A stretch of 64,000 bases of DNA from the NCBI GenBank assembly GCA_002343325.1, contig DDSG01000029.1, forward strand, positions 4,718-68,717, given 5' to 3'. This document shows, piece after piece, positions 41,515-51,352 of the stretch. Source of the DNA: Phycisphaerales bacterium UBA2396. Its GTDB lineage: Bacteria; Planctomycetota; Phycisphaerae; Phycisphaerales; UBA1924. Under the pieces are notes generated by a model, which saw only the letters and a list, made by a program, of their open reading frames with translations, was not told where the DNA came from and did no database searches. The translations under genes were made by a program, and so were the position numbers. The stretch's first letter is position 1, and each line of letters starts with the position of its first letter.

Positions 41515-44500
41515 ATGCGAACGCTGCGTTCATCGCTCCACTTGCTCGCCCTGCCCATCGCCCTTGCTTCGTGCGCCCACACTCTTCCCTCCGCCGACGC
41601 CACCACCCCCACGCCGCCCCCCAAACCCACCCCCAACGCGGTTCGTGCCGATGGGTCCGCCCTGCGCGACGAGTACCAGCTCTATTGGGCCGACGAGTTC
41701 AACGGCACCTCGCTCGACGAGTCCAAGTGGGGGTTCTGGCTCCAGGGCAAGTACCGCGACGGTTTCAACTCCCGCGACGCCGTCTCCGTCGCCGACGGCG
41801 TCCTCTCCATCACCATCTCCAAACAGCCCCGCCTCAACGCCCAAGGCGTCCGCGAAGATCGCTTCCTCTCCGCCATGCTCACCACCGAACGCAAGTTCGA
41901 GACCACCTACGGCTACTTCGAGGCACGCCTCAAGTTCCAGACCCAGCCCGGCTTCTGGTCCGCTTTCTGGATCAACACCCCCACCATGGGCAAGCCCACA
42001 CACGACCCCGCGCGATCCGGCGTCGAGATCGACATCATCGAGTACCTCGCCACGCCCACCTACCGCAACCGTGCGCTCCACACGATCCACTGGGACGCCA
42101 AGACCCCGCACCACCAGCGCGACCACACCAACATCCCCATCAAAGGCTTCGGCGAGTCGTGGCACACCGTCGCCGCCGAGTGGACACCCACCGAGATCGT
42201 CTTCTTCGTCGACGGCAAAGAGACCTGGCGCACCACCAAAGCCATCTCCAAACGCCCCCAGTACCTCGTGCTGAGCTGCGAGATCGGCGATTGGGCCGGC
42301 GACATCCGCACCGCGACCCTCCCCGACCGCTTCCAGGCCGACTACGTCCGCGTCTACAAGCGCAACAAGAGTGACGCACGCGCCGCCGCCGCCGATGAAT
42401 CGCCCCGCCTCCAGCCCCCCGAGCCCAACGCCCTGCGGGCCTACTTCACTCGCCATCCCAATGACCGCATCGACGCCGCCGCACCTTGGAACCCAGCCGC
42501 CCCCGTCACTAAGGCCGACGCTCAGCGTTATCGCGACGCCATGTGGCAGGCCTACGCCGCCGCACCGGGTCCGATGCAATCCGCCTTGAAGAGCATGGTC
42601 GAGGCCGGCGCGATCACTGTCGGCAACGCCTCCATGCCGTACGTCCTCCAGCAGCGCGGGCCGCTCCCCCCGCGTGGCTGGCCCACCACGATCTCCCTCC
42701 ACGGCGGGGGCAACGTCGCCAAGGACATCAACGACCGCCAATGGCAGAACCAGCAAGGCCGATACCAGCCCGATGGAGTCGCCATCTTCCCCCGCGCCGC
42801 GATCGACGGCCCCGGGCTCTGGCACGCCGCCCACAACTACGACCTCTTCGATCGGCTCGTCCGCGCCGCCATCCTCTTCCACAAGGCCGACCCCGATCGC
42901 ATCTACCTCATGGGCTACTCCGAGGGCGGCTACGGCGCCAACCGGCTCGCCCCCAACATGGCCGACCGCTTCGCCGCCTTCTCCGTCGCCGCCGCGGGCG
43001 AAATGCTCGACCGCGCTCCCGCCGAGAATCTCCGAAACCTCCCCATGAACCTGCAGGTCGGCGAGAAAGACCCCGGCTTTGACCGCATCGGCCTGGCACG
43101 AACCTGGGCCGAGCGGCTGCGTTCCCTCGCCGCCAATGACCCCTTCCCGCAGGACTCGCCCTACCAGATCGAGTTCGTCGAACACCCCGGCAAAGGCCAC
43201 GCCATCGACGACCGATCCTCCACCGCCTGGATGCTCGCCCGCGTCCGCAACCCCGTCCCGCGCCGAATCGTCTGGACTCAATCCGGCCCAGCCCAGACCC
43301 ATCGTTACTGGCTCAAGCTCGACCAGCCCATCCCCCATGGCACGCAACCAGCCTGGGAGAACCGCCCGCAGTCCATCGACGCCCGCGTCGACGGGCAGAC
43401 CATCACCCTCGATGTTCGCGGCGGGCTCCCCTCCGTCACCGTCCGCCTCGACGATCGCCTCCTCGACCTCGACAAGCCCGTCTCCATCGTCGTCAACGGC
43501 TCCCAGGCCTTCTCGGGCATGATCGCGCGAAGCCTCAAGACCCTCGCGCAAACCCTCGAAGAACGCGGCGACCCCAAGCTCATGTTCTCCGCCGAGGTCA
43601 CCGTCCAGGTGCCCGCCTCACCCCCGCTCCCCGCCGATCAGGCCGAAGCGCAGGCCGTCCGCGACGCCCTGACCCGCGCCGGCCCCAACGCCGCCGAGTT
43701 CGAGTCGGCCCTCGCCCAACTCTCCGGCGAAGAACGCGAGTCGCTCTGGTTCCTCATCCGCACCATGCCCGACCGCGACCTCCGCGAGCTCAAGGCCGAC
43801 CTCCTCCTCAGCAACGTTCGCCTCGCGCACCGCGCCTGGAAGGAATCCCCCTGGGGATCGACCATCAGCCAGGCCCATTTCCGCCAGTACATCCTCCCCC
43901 TCGCGCACCTCAACGAGAAACGCGAAGACTGGCGCACAGGCTTCTTCGAACGATTCCGCGAAAAGGCCTGGTCCTTCCGCGACCCCATCGAGGCCACCAA
44001 GTGGCTCAACGACACCCTCAACAACACCCTCAACGTCCATTACCACGCCACCAAACGCCCCAAGCCCGACCAGAGCCCCTCCGAATCCATCGCCGCCGGC
44101 TACGCCTCGTGCACCGGGCTCAGCATTCTCCTCGCCGACGTCTGCCGCGCCGTCGGGATCCCCGCCCGAATCGTCGGCGTCCCACTCTGGACCAAAATCG
44201 AAGGCAATCACAACTGGGTCGAGGTTTGGGGCGGGCCCATCGAGGGCGACCGCTTCGTCCGCCGCTGGTACAACGTCGGCGGCACCGGCAGCGACCCCCG
44301 CGACGGCGACTGGGTCAACGAACGCTGCCGCGAACAGACCGACCCCGACAAGCCCGAGCACATGGTCTACGCCGCCGTCACCAGGCAGGCCGATCGCCAC
44401 TTCCCCCTCGTCTGGGACCGCTCCATTACCTACGTCCCCGCCCACAACGTCACCCGCTTCTACAAAACACCCGTCGACGTCGCGCCGCCCCTCGGCACCG

Positions 44501-44646
44501 ACGCCTCAGCCGAAATCTGGTGGAACGGCGAACTCGTCGCGTTCGTCCGCGGCGACATCAAGGTTCCTCTCGCCGCAGGCGAGCGATTCGTTGTCCGCCG
44601 CCGCGACGCCTCCGGCGCCTGGATCACCAGCGACCTCAACCCCTGA
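41515..44646 (+). CDS. multidomain lipoprotein: GH16 beta-glucanase domain + alpha/beta-hydrolase (esterase) domain + transglutaminase-like cysteine protease domain
   Basis: Lipobox LLALPIALASC. GH16 catalytic motif EIDIIE in a laminarinase-like jelly roll (YGYFEARLKFQ...WSAFW). GxSxG nucleophile elbow LMGYSEGG. Transglutaminase core GYASCTGLSILLADVCRAVGIPARIVG...NHNWVEVW. Confidence 0.8.
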   Translation: MRTLRSSLHLLALPIALASCAHTLPSADATTPTPPPKPTPNAVRADGSALRDEYQLYWADEFNGTSLDESKWGFWLQGKYRDGFNSRDAVSVADGVLSITISKQPRLNAQGVREDRFLSAMLTTERKFETTYGYFEARLKFQTQPGFWSAFWINTPTMGKPTHDPARSGVEIDIIEYLATPTYRNRALHTIHWDAKTPHHQRDHTNIPIKGFGESWHTVAAEWTPTEIVFFVDGKETWRTTKAISKRPQYLVLSCEIGDWAGDIRTATLPDRFQADYVRVYKRNKSDARAAAADESPRLQPPEPNALRAYFTRHPNDRIDAAAPWNPAAPVTKADAQRYRDAMWQAYAAAPGPMQSALKSMVEAGAITVGNASMPYVLQQRGPLPPRGWPTTISLHGGGNVAKDINDRQWQNQQGRYQPDGVAIFPRAAIDGPGLWHAAHNYDLFDRLVRAAILFHKADPDRIYLMGYSEGGYGANRLAPNMADRFAAFSVAAAGEMLDRAPAENLRNLPMNLQVGEKDPGFDRIGLARTWAERLRSLAANDPFPQDSPYQIEFVEHPGKGHAIDDRSSTAWMLARVRNPVPRRIVWTQSGPAQTHRYWLKLDQPIPHGTQPAWENRPQSIDARVDGQTITLDVRGGLPSVTVRLDDRLLDLDKPVSIVVNGSQAFSGMIARSLKTLAQTLEERGDPKLMFSAEVTVQVPASPPLPADQAEAQAVRDALTRAGPNAAEFESALAQLSGEERESLWFLIRTMPDRDLRELKADLLLSNVRLAHRAWKESPWGSTISQAHFRQYILPLAHLNEKREDWRTGFFERFREKAWSFRDPIEATKWLNDTLNNTLNVHYHATKRPKPDQSPSESIAAGYASCTGLSILLADVCRAVGIPARIVGVPLWTKIEGNHNWVEVWGGPIEGDRFVRRWYNVGGTGSDPRDGDWVNERCREQTDPDKPEHMVYAAVTRQADRHFPLVWDRSITYVPAHNVTRFYKTPVDVAPPLGTDASAEIWWNGELVAFVRGDIKVPLAAGERFVVRRRDASGAWITSDLNP

Positions 44647-44670
44647 ACCCCTTCATCCAGAACCGACTGT

Positions 44671-45576
44671 TCACGACGTCGCGGGACGTTCCAGAATCGC
44701 CCGAAGATTCTCAAGCCTCGACGCCCAGTACACACGCGACCGCTTCACAGCCTCGGCGTCCGCCAATCGCCGATGGTCGATCCGCACCATCGTGCGCCCG
44801 CCATCCCGCGCGTCAAACGTCGCCTCCACGCTCGTCCCCTCGTCGTGTCCCGGCGTCGTCCACGTCGCACGCACGCTCTTGTCATCCTTCGACGAACGAA
44901 CCTCGATCGGCGAACCCGACAACCAACGATCACGCAGCGTCGGCTCCATGAACGCGGCATACAGCTTCGGCGCCGGCGCCGCGATCGTCTTGCTCACGCT
45001 CACCTGAAACCCATCCGCCGCCTGATTCGCCTCCCGCTTGCCCCGCGCCTGCTCATACCCCACCGTCACCTGCTGGCTCCACCAATCACCCACGCCGTGC
45101 TCCGCCACCAGCGCCACGATCCCCCGGTGATCACGATCCGCCGCGCCGGCCCGGTCCAGAATGCTGAGCCATTCCGTCCAGCCCTTGCCCGTCGCCTGAT
45201 GCACCGCCGCGTTCGAGATCCCCGCCACCTTCAGCGACGTTCCCGCCGCGGGCTTGGCCGTCGCCCCTCCCGATCGGCGCGACACCTTCTTCGCCCCAGT
45301 CTCCGCCGATGCCGCACCCGCTTCCACAACCTCCGCCTTCTTCGCAGACACCTTGCCCACGCCCTTCTTCGCGGCAACCGCCCTCCCCGGCTTCATCGCA
45401 GCAGCGACTTTGGCACCCTTCGCACCCGCACCCCGCGCCGGCTTGCCCACACCCTTGGACCCCGACGCCTTGGTCTTTCCGCCCGCTCTGGCCGAGGTCG
45501 TCGGCCCGCCCGATGCCCCCTTGCCCCCGCGCGAACCCTTCCCCTTCCCGGCGGCCGATCGTGCTTTCTTCGCCAT
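44671..45576 (-). CDS. DUF4287/SRPBCC-domain protein with histone H1-like Lys/Ala-rich N-terminal tail
   Basis: First ~115 aa are AKKA/KGxG repeats (MAKKARSAAGKGKGSRGGKG...). Then WTEWLSILDRAGAADRDHRGIVALVAEHGVGDWWSQ (DUF4287-like) and a beta-rich C-terminus. Confidence 0.6.
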   Translation of the reverse strand: MAKKARSAAGKGKGSRGGKGASGGPTTSARAGGKTKASGSKGVGKPARGAGAKGAKVAAAMKPGRAVAAKKGVGKVSAKKAEVVEAGAASAETGAKKVSRRSGGATAKPAAGTSLKVAGISNAAVHQATGKGWTEWLSILDRAGAADRDHRGIVALVAEHGVGDWWSQQVTVGYEQARGKREANQAADGFQVSVSKTIAAPAPKLYAAFMEPTLRDRWLSGSPIEVRSSKDDKSVRATWTTPGHDEGTSVEATFDARDGGRTMVRIDHRRLADAEAVKRSRVYWASRLENLRAILERPATS

Positions 45577-45804
45577 GGCGTACGCTCGCAGCAGACGACC
45601 CGGGCGCTCACGTTGGTCACCAACGCCCCAGAACCTCGGGCCCGTCTAGTAAGACGATACGGCCTGTGACGCCCCCCCGCAAGGGTGTCCACGCAACACT
45701 CGCCCCACACACAACGCGAACCCGGCCGCCGACCGATCAGTAGGAGAGACCTCCCCCCGCACGTACGATGCTCGGGGGACGGAAGACCGAAACGAGGACC
45801 AACC

Positions 45805-47634
45805 ATGTGCGGGATCGTCGCCTACATCGGGAACAAGCCGGCCCAGAACATCCTCATCGAAGGGCTCAAACGCCTTGAATACCGCGGCTACGACTCCGCC
45901 GGCGTCGCCACCATCGAATCCGATGGGCTCCACGTCGTCCGCGCCGTCGGACGCGTCAGCAACGTCGAAGACCGGCTCGAGTCCATCGGCGGCCTCCGAG
46001 GATCCGTCGGCATCGCCCACACCCGCTGGGCAACCCACGGCGGCGTCACCGAAATCAACGCACACCCCCACAAGGACGATCGCCACGGCATCGCCGTCAT
46101 CCACAACGGCATCATCGAAAACTACGCCGCCCTCAAGACCTGGCTCGAAGAACGCGGGCACACCTTCTCCTCCCAGACCGACACCGAAGTCATCTCCATG
46201 CTCGTCTCCGAGCTCTACGAGGGAGACCTCGAAGCCGCCGTCCAGGCCGCACTCCGCGAAGTCACCGGCGCCTACGCCATCGCCGTCATGTGCGCCAAAG
46301 AACCCGGCACACTCGTCGTCGCCCGCAAGGGCTCGCCCCTGATGGTCGGCGTCGGCAACGGCGAATACATCGTCGCCTCCGATCCCTCCGCCATCGTCGC
46401 CCACACCACCCAGGCTTTCTCCCTCGACGACTACAACGTCGTCAAAATCACGCGCGACGGCTTCAAGACCTCCGATACCAACAACACCCCGGTCTCCCCC
46501 AAGATCATGCAGCTCGAACTCGAACTCCAGGAGATCGAACTCGGCGGCTACGCCCACTTCATGCAGAAGGAGATCTTCGAGCAGCCCAAAGCGCTCACCA
46601 ACTGCTTCCGCGGCCGCATCGACGACCGCGAAGGAAAGGTCGTGCTCGGCGGCGTCTCCGCCTTCGCCAAGGAACTCACCAAGGCCAAGAAGTTCGTCCT
46701 CCTCGGACAGGGCACCGCGCTCCACGCCGCCATGATCGGCGAGTATCTCCTCGAAGACCTCGTCAAGGTCCCCGCCGTGGCTGAGTACGCCTCCGAGTTC
46801 CGCTACCGCAACCCCATCATCGAAGAGAACACCGTCGCCATCGCCGTCAGCCAGTCCGGCGAGACCGCCGACACGCTCGCCGCACTGCACGAGGCCAAGG
46901 ACCGCGGCGCCCTCTCATTGGGCGTCATCAACGTGGTCGGCTCCACAATCTCCCGCGAGACCGACGCGGGCGTCTACCTTCGCGTCGGTCCCGAGATTGG
47001 TGTCGCCTCGACCAAGGCCTTCACCGGGCAGGTCGCCGTCCTCACCCTCATCTCCCTCTACCTCGCCCGCCGACGCTTCATGTCCGCCGACCAGTGCGCC
47101 GAACTGCTCCTCCAGCTCGAAACCGTCCCCTCCAAAATCGAGCGCATCCTCGAGCAGGACCACAAGATCCGCGCCGTCACCGAAAAATACTGCCACCGCG
47201 AGAACTGGCTCTTCCTCGGTCGCGGGTACAACTACCCCACAGCCCTCGAAGGCGCACTGAAGCTCAAGGAAATCTCCTACATCCACGCCGAAGGCATGCC
47301 CGCCGCCGAAATGAAGCACGGCCCCATCGCCCTCATCAACGAGGGCATGCCCGCCGTCTTCATCGCCAACAAGGGCAGGCAGTACGAAAAAGTCATGTCC
47401 AACATTCAGGAAGTCAAATCCCGAGGCGGGCACGTCATCGCCGTCGCCACCGAGGGCGACGAGCAGATCAAGAAGTACGCCGAGGACGTTCTCTACATCC
47501 CCGACATCCCCGAACCCCTCTCGCCACTCCTGGCTGTCGTTCCCCTCCAGCTCATGGCCTACCACGCCGCCGTCGTGCGCGGTCACGACGTCGACAAGCC
47601 GCGAAACCTCGCCAAAAGCGTCACCGTCGAGTAA
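45805..47634 (+). CDS. glmS: glutamine--fructose-6-phosphate aminotransferase (isomerising)
   Basis: MCGIVAYIG Ntn-glutaminase start, tandem SIS domains, C-terminal ...KPRNLAKSVTVE. Confidence 0.95.
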   Translation: MCGIVAYIGNKPAQNILIEGLKRLEYRGYDSAGVATIESDGLHVVRAVGRVSNVEDRLESIGGLRGSVGIAHTRWATHGGVTEINAHPHKDDRHGIAVIHNGIIENYAALKTWLEERGHTFSSQTDTEVISMLVSELYEGDLEAAVQAALREVTGAYAIAVMCAKEPGTLVVARKGSPLMVGVGNGEYIVASDPSAIVAHTTQAFSLDDYNVVKITRDGFKTSDTNNTPVSPKIMQLELELQEIELGGYAHFMQKEIFEQPKALTNCFRGRIDDREGKVVLGGVSAFAKELTKAKKFVLLGQGTALHAAMIGEYLLEDLVKVPAVAEYASEFRYRNPIIEENTVAIAVSQSGETADTLAALHEAKDRGALSLGVINVVGSTISRETDAGVYLRVGPEIGVASTKAFTGQVAVLTLISLYLARRRFMSADQCAELLLQLETVPSKIERILEQDHKIRAVTEKYCHRENWLFLGRGYNYPTALEGALKLKEISYIHAEGMPAAEMKHGPIALINEGMPAVFIANKGRQYEKVMSNIQEVKSRGGHVIAVATEGDEQIKKYAEDVLYIPDIPEPLSPLLAVVPLQLMAYHAAVVRGHDVDKPRNLAKSVTVE

Positions 47635-47754
47635 TCCCGGCTTCCCCCCAGCCCCCGTCAGCCCTCCTCAAGCAGATAACTCCCACCCGGACGTCCACGG
47701 ACACCCCCGCAAACTGCGGAACCGCGCCCACCTTCCGCCGATAGCTGGGGCACC

Positions 47755-48429
47755 ATGGACGAGCCCCGTCCCAACACGCACCGCGATCGCCCCCCGCTGT
47801 CGCTCCGCGATCGGCTCGCCCGGATCCTCCCCGCACGTCCCGTCGAGATTCTCGGGCCCGAACTCGTCCGAACCTCCAGGCTCGAACTCAGGCCCATCGT
47901 CGACAAAGACCGCTCGTCCTTCCTCGAAGCCATCGCCCAAAGCCGCGACGAACTCTCCCGCTACTACGACCTCTGGCACCCCGGCGACCGAGACGAAGAT
48001 GTCTTCCGACGCCAACTCGCCCTCTGCCACGCCGGTTCCGCCAGCGGCAAAGCCTGGCGACGCGGCGCCTTCACTCCCTCGGGCGACTTCGTCGGCTGTT
48101 TCAACCTCTGCAACATCGAGCACGGCCTCGAAGAAACCGCCGAAGCCGGATGGTGGATCCGCTCCGACGTCGGTCGCCTCGGGCTCGGCAGCGAAGGCGT
48201 CTCCGCGCTCGTCCAATTCGCCCTCGACACCGGACACGGCGGCCTGGGCCTCACCCGCGTTACCGCACTCATCCACGCCCAGAACACCCCGAGCCTCCGC
48301 GTCGCAGAACACGCCGGCATGACCCACGCCCCCAACGAAACCGCCTCCGTCCTCCTCAACGGGCAATGGGTCCCCCACGTCGTCTACTCGCGCAGCGCAA
48401 CCCCGCTCGGCGGTATGCTCGCGGGATGA
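47755..48429 (+). CDS. GNAT-family N-acetyltransferase (RimJ/RimL-like)
   Basis: RLELRPIVDKDRSSFLEA...GCFNLCNIEHGLEETAEAGWWIRSDVGRLGLGSEGVSALVQFAL... gives the acetyl-CoA binding fold. Confidence 0.8.
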   Translation: MDEPRPNTHRDRPPLSLRDRLARILPARPVEILGPELVRTSRLELRPIVDKDRSSFLEAIAQSRDELSRYYDLWHPGDRDEDVFRRQLALCHAGSASGKAWRRGAFTPSGDFVGCFNLCNIEHGLEETAEAGWWIRSDVGRLGLGSEGVSALVQFALDTGHGGLGLTRVTALIHAQNTPSLRVAEHAGMTHAPNETASVLLNGQWVPHVVYSRSATPLGGMLAG

Positions 48430-49550
48430 ACCCTCTCTCTCGCCGGATGGTCCTCGCCAGCGGTGCCGCTGCAGCCGCCTCAGCGATCACGCACACCTCA
48501 CACGCCCAGCCCACCTCCGCCGGCGAACCCTGGCGCGGCGCTCCAGGTGCCTCCGGCGAACCCATGGGCGACGCCCATCGCGGCCCATGCTCCATCGCCT
48601 CCGGCAACGGCCTCCGCTCCGTCACACGAGCACGCCAACTCCTCGACCAGGGTTTCGACCCCGCCGATTGCATCGTTCAAGGCGTCGCCATCATCGAAGA
48701 CGACCCCGAAGACATGTCCGTCGGCCTCGGCGGCCTCCCCAACGCCGACGGCATCGTCGAACTCGATGCCTCCGTCATGTACGGGCCCACGCACAAGTCC
48801 GGCGCCGTCGCCTCCCTCCGCAACATCCGCAACCCCGCTCAGGTCGCCCTTCTCGTCCTCCGACGTACCGACCACTGCCTCCTCGTCGGCGAAGGCGCCC
48901 TCCGCTTCGCCACCAGCATGGGCTTCAAGGAAGAAAACCTCCTCACCGAAAACGCCCGCCGCGAGTGGCAACGCTGGCGCGAGAACATGAGCAAGAACGA
49001 CGACTGGCTCAACGACGACGAACGAGACACCCCCAAGGGCAAACCCTTCGAACAGCCAGGACAACTCGCCGCATCGAAGGACCCCGCCTTCACCTACGGC
49101 ACCGTCCACTGCTCCATCGTCACCCCCGACAAGGACGTCGCCTCCTGCACCAGCACCAGCGGCCTCTCCTGGAAGATCTCGGGTCGCGTCGGCGATTCGC
49201 CCATCATCGGCGCGGGCAACTACTGCGACAACGCCGTTGGCGCCGCCGGTTGCACAGGTCGCGGCGAATCCTGCATCACCAACCTCGCCGCTCACACCAT
49301 CGTCATGCTCATGGAACGAGGCCTCACCCCCGCCGAAGCCGCCCTCGCCACCGCCAAGAAAATCGCCGATAACACCAAGGAAAAACGCCTCCGCGACGCC
49401 AAGGGACGCCCCAACTTCAACGCCAGCTTCTACGCCCTGCGCAACGACGGCGCCTGGGGCGGGGCCTGCCTCCATCCCGGCGGGAGCATGGCCGTCGCCG
49501 ACGCCGCCGGCTCGCGCGTCGTTCGCCTCCCCGCACTCTTCGCCGACTGA
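48426..49550 (+). CDS. Tat-signal Ntn-hydrolase of the asparaginase-2 family (glycosylasparaginase / isoaspartyl peptidase-like)
   Basis: Twin-arginine signal MNPLSRRMVLASGAAAAASA. Autoproteolytic site YGTVHCSIV. GDSPIIGAGNYCDNAVGAAGCTGRGE. ATGA start/stop overlap with the GNAT gene. Confidence 0.8.
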   Translation: MNPLSRRMVLASGAAAAASAITHTSHAQPTSAGEPWRGAPGASGEPMGDAHRGPCSIASGNGLRSVTRARQLLDQGFDPADCIVQGVAIIEDDPEDMSVGLGGLPNADGIVELDASVMYGPTHKSGAVASLRNIRNPAQVALLVLRRTDHCLLVGEGALRFATSMGFKEENLLTENARREWQRWRENMSKNDDWLNDDERDTPKGKPFEQPGQLAASKDPAFTYGTVHCSIVTPDKDVASCTSTSGLSWKISGRVGDSPIIGAGNYCDNAVGAAGCTGRGESCITNLAAHTIVMLMERGLTPAEAALATAKKIADNTKEKRLRDAKGRPNFNASFYALRNDGAWGGACLHPGGSMAVADAAGSRVVRLPALFAD

Positions 49551-49557
49551 CGCCCGC

Positions 49558-51240
49558 TCAACGCTTCTTCCGCTTCTCGAACCGATCCTTGATGCTCGGC
49601 GTGTAGCTCGACCCCTTCGTCCGAACCCCCGGCATCCCCGACAGCCCGGGCAGCAGCCCGTTCAGCCCCCCCTTGCTCGACGCCGCCGCCTTCACCGCGT
49701 CGACCTTGTCCTTCCCGCTCATCCCCGCCATCGTTCGGCTCAGCGTCGAGATCATCTCGAACTGCTTCACCAACTGCCCCACATCCTCCGGCTTCACCCC
49801 CGACCCCTTCGCGATGCGCTTCCGACGCGAGAAGTCGATCTCGCCCGGTCTCGACCGCTCCACCTTCGTCATCGAGTTGATCATCGCCTCCACGCGATCG
49901 AGCTGCTTCTCGTCGATGTTCACGTTCTTCAGCATCGGCCCCACGCCGGGCAAGAGCCCCAGCAGATGACGCATCGGCCCCATCCGCCGCAGCGTCTTGA
50001 GCTGCTTGAGGAAGTCGTCCATCGTCATCTCGCCACGCGAGATCTTCTCCTGCAGCCGCTCCGCTTCCTCCTGGCTCACCTGCTCGTGCGCCTTCTCCAC
50101 CAGCGCCAGCACGTCGCCCATCCCGAGAATCCGCCCCGCGAACCGATCCGCGTGGAACTCCTCCAGCGCATCGATCTTCTCACCCATACCCACGAACCGG
50201 ATCGGCGCGCCCGTCACATGCTTCACCGACAACGCCGCGCCGCCGCGCGTGTCGCTGTCGAACTTCGTCAGCACGATCCCGTCCACGTCCAGCTTCTCGT
50301 GGAACGACTTCGCCGAATTCACCGCATCCTGCCCGGTCATCGCGTCCACGACCAGGAAAATGTGGTGCGGCACCAGCACCTTCCGCACCGCCCCAAGTTC
50401 CCCCATCAGCTCGTCATTGACGTGCAGCCGACCCGCCGTGTCCAAAATCACCGTGTCGACGCCCCGGGCTCTCGCCTCCGCCAACGCCCGCTGGCACACC
50501 TGCACCGCCACCCCCACCGCTTTCCCATACTCCGCCGACTTGTCCGGCTCCCCATAGAACGTGACGCTCCCGCCCCCCGGCGCCTCCGCCTGCACCTGCT
50601 TCGCCACGATCTCGAGCTGCTCCACCGCCGCCGGCCTCTGCAAGTCCGCCGCAACCAGCATCACGCTCCGACCGCGCTTCTTCAGAAACGCCGCCAACTT
50701 CCCGCACGTCGTCGTCTTTCCCGATCCCTGCAACCCGCACATCATCACCACCGTCGGCCCGGGCGAGACCCGCATGATCGGCTCGGTCTTCGACAGCCCC
50801 CCAAAACCGCCCGGCATACCCGCTCCGGGCAACCCCGGCGCACGCCCCGACATCTGGCCCGCCACGCCGCCGCTCGCCCCAAGCCCACCACCCGCCCCAC
50901 CCGGCGTCAGCCCCGCCGTCAAAGGCCCCGCCAGTTCCGCCGCCGCCTGCCTCGCCTCTTCCTCGCTCTTGGGCACGCCCCCGAGGAACCGCACCAGCTC
51001 CTCGTGCACGATCCCGATCATCTCCTGCTCCGGGCGCAGCGTCTTGGACACCTCCCGACCGACCGACGCCTTGAGCACCCGATCACAGAACGCCTCCACC
51101 ACCTCCACGTGCACGTCCGCGTCGATCAGTGCCGAACGCACCTCGACCATCGCCTCACGCACATTCGATTCGCTGATCGCGTTCTGACCCGCCAGCCGGC
51201 GATACAACCCCTGAAACGCGTCGGTAAGCCGCTCAAACAT
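49558..51240 (-). CDS. ffh: signal recognition particle protein Ffh, with Gly/Pro-rich insertion between N and G domains
   Basis: MFERLTDAFQGLYRRL N-domain, GLQGSGKTTTCGKLA P-loop, DTAGR, TKFDSDTRGG, Met-rich M domain. 560 aa versus ~450 typical. Start at the internal Met. Confidence 0.93.
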   Translation of the reverse strand: MFERLTDAFQGLYRRLAGQNAISESNVREAMVEVRSALIDADVHVEVVEAFCDRVLKASVGREVSKTLRPEQEMIGIVHEELVRFLGGVPKSEEEARQAAAELAGPLTAGLTPGGAGGGLGASGGVAGQMSGRAPGLPGAGMPGGFGGLSKTEPIMRVSPGPTVVMMCGLQGSGKTTTCGKLAAFLKKRGRSVMLVAADLQRPAAVEQLEIVAKQVQAEAPGGGSVTFYGEPDKSAEYGKAVGVAVQVCQRALAEARARGVDTVILDTAGRLHVNDELMGELGAVRKVLVPHHIFLVVDAMTGQDAVNSAKSFHEKLDVDGIVLTKFDSDTRGGAALSVKHVTGAPIRFVGMGEKIDALEEFHADRFAGRILGMGDVLALVEKAHEQVSQEEAERLQEKISRGEMTMDDFLKQLKTLRRMGPMRHLLGLLPGVGPMLKNVNIDEKQLDRVEAMINSMTKVERSRPGEIDFSRRKRIAKGSGVKPEDVGQLVKQFEMISTLSRTMAGMSGKDKVDAVKAAASSKGGLNGLLPGLSGMPGVRTKGSSYTPSIKDRFEKRKKR

Positions 51241-51352
51241 GTTCGTCGCCGGCAAAAACGCCGACCTCCCTCGCCGTTCGGCCAGGGGCTTGACCGACCA
51301 AGCGTACGCCCTTCCACCACCCCGCGGTCCACCCCGATACACTCCCCCCGAC

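Noticed and set aside
45577-45804. Possible glmS ribozyme in the 228-bp leader upstream of glmS
   Set aside because: No glmS-ribozyme core (P2.1 pseudoknot or conserved GlcN6P-binding nucleotides) was recognisable. That element is essentially restricted to Firmicutes and relatives.
48150-49550. 466-aa form of the asparaginase-family gene
   Set aside because: The upstream 92 codons overlap the GNAT gene in another frame. A Tat signal peptide begins exactly at ATG 48426, which overlaps the GNAT stop.
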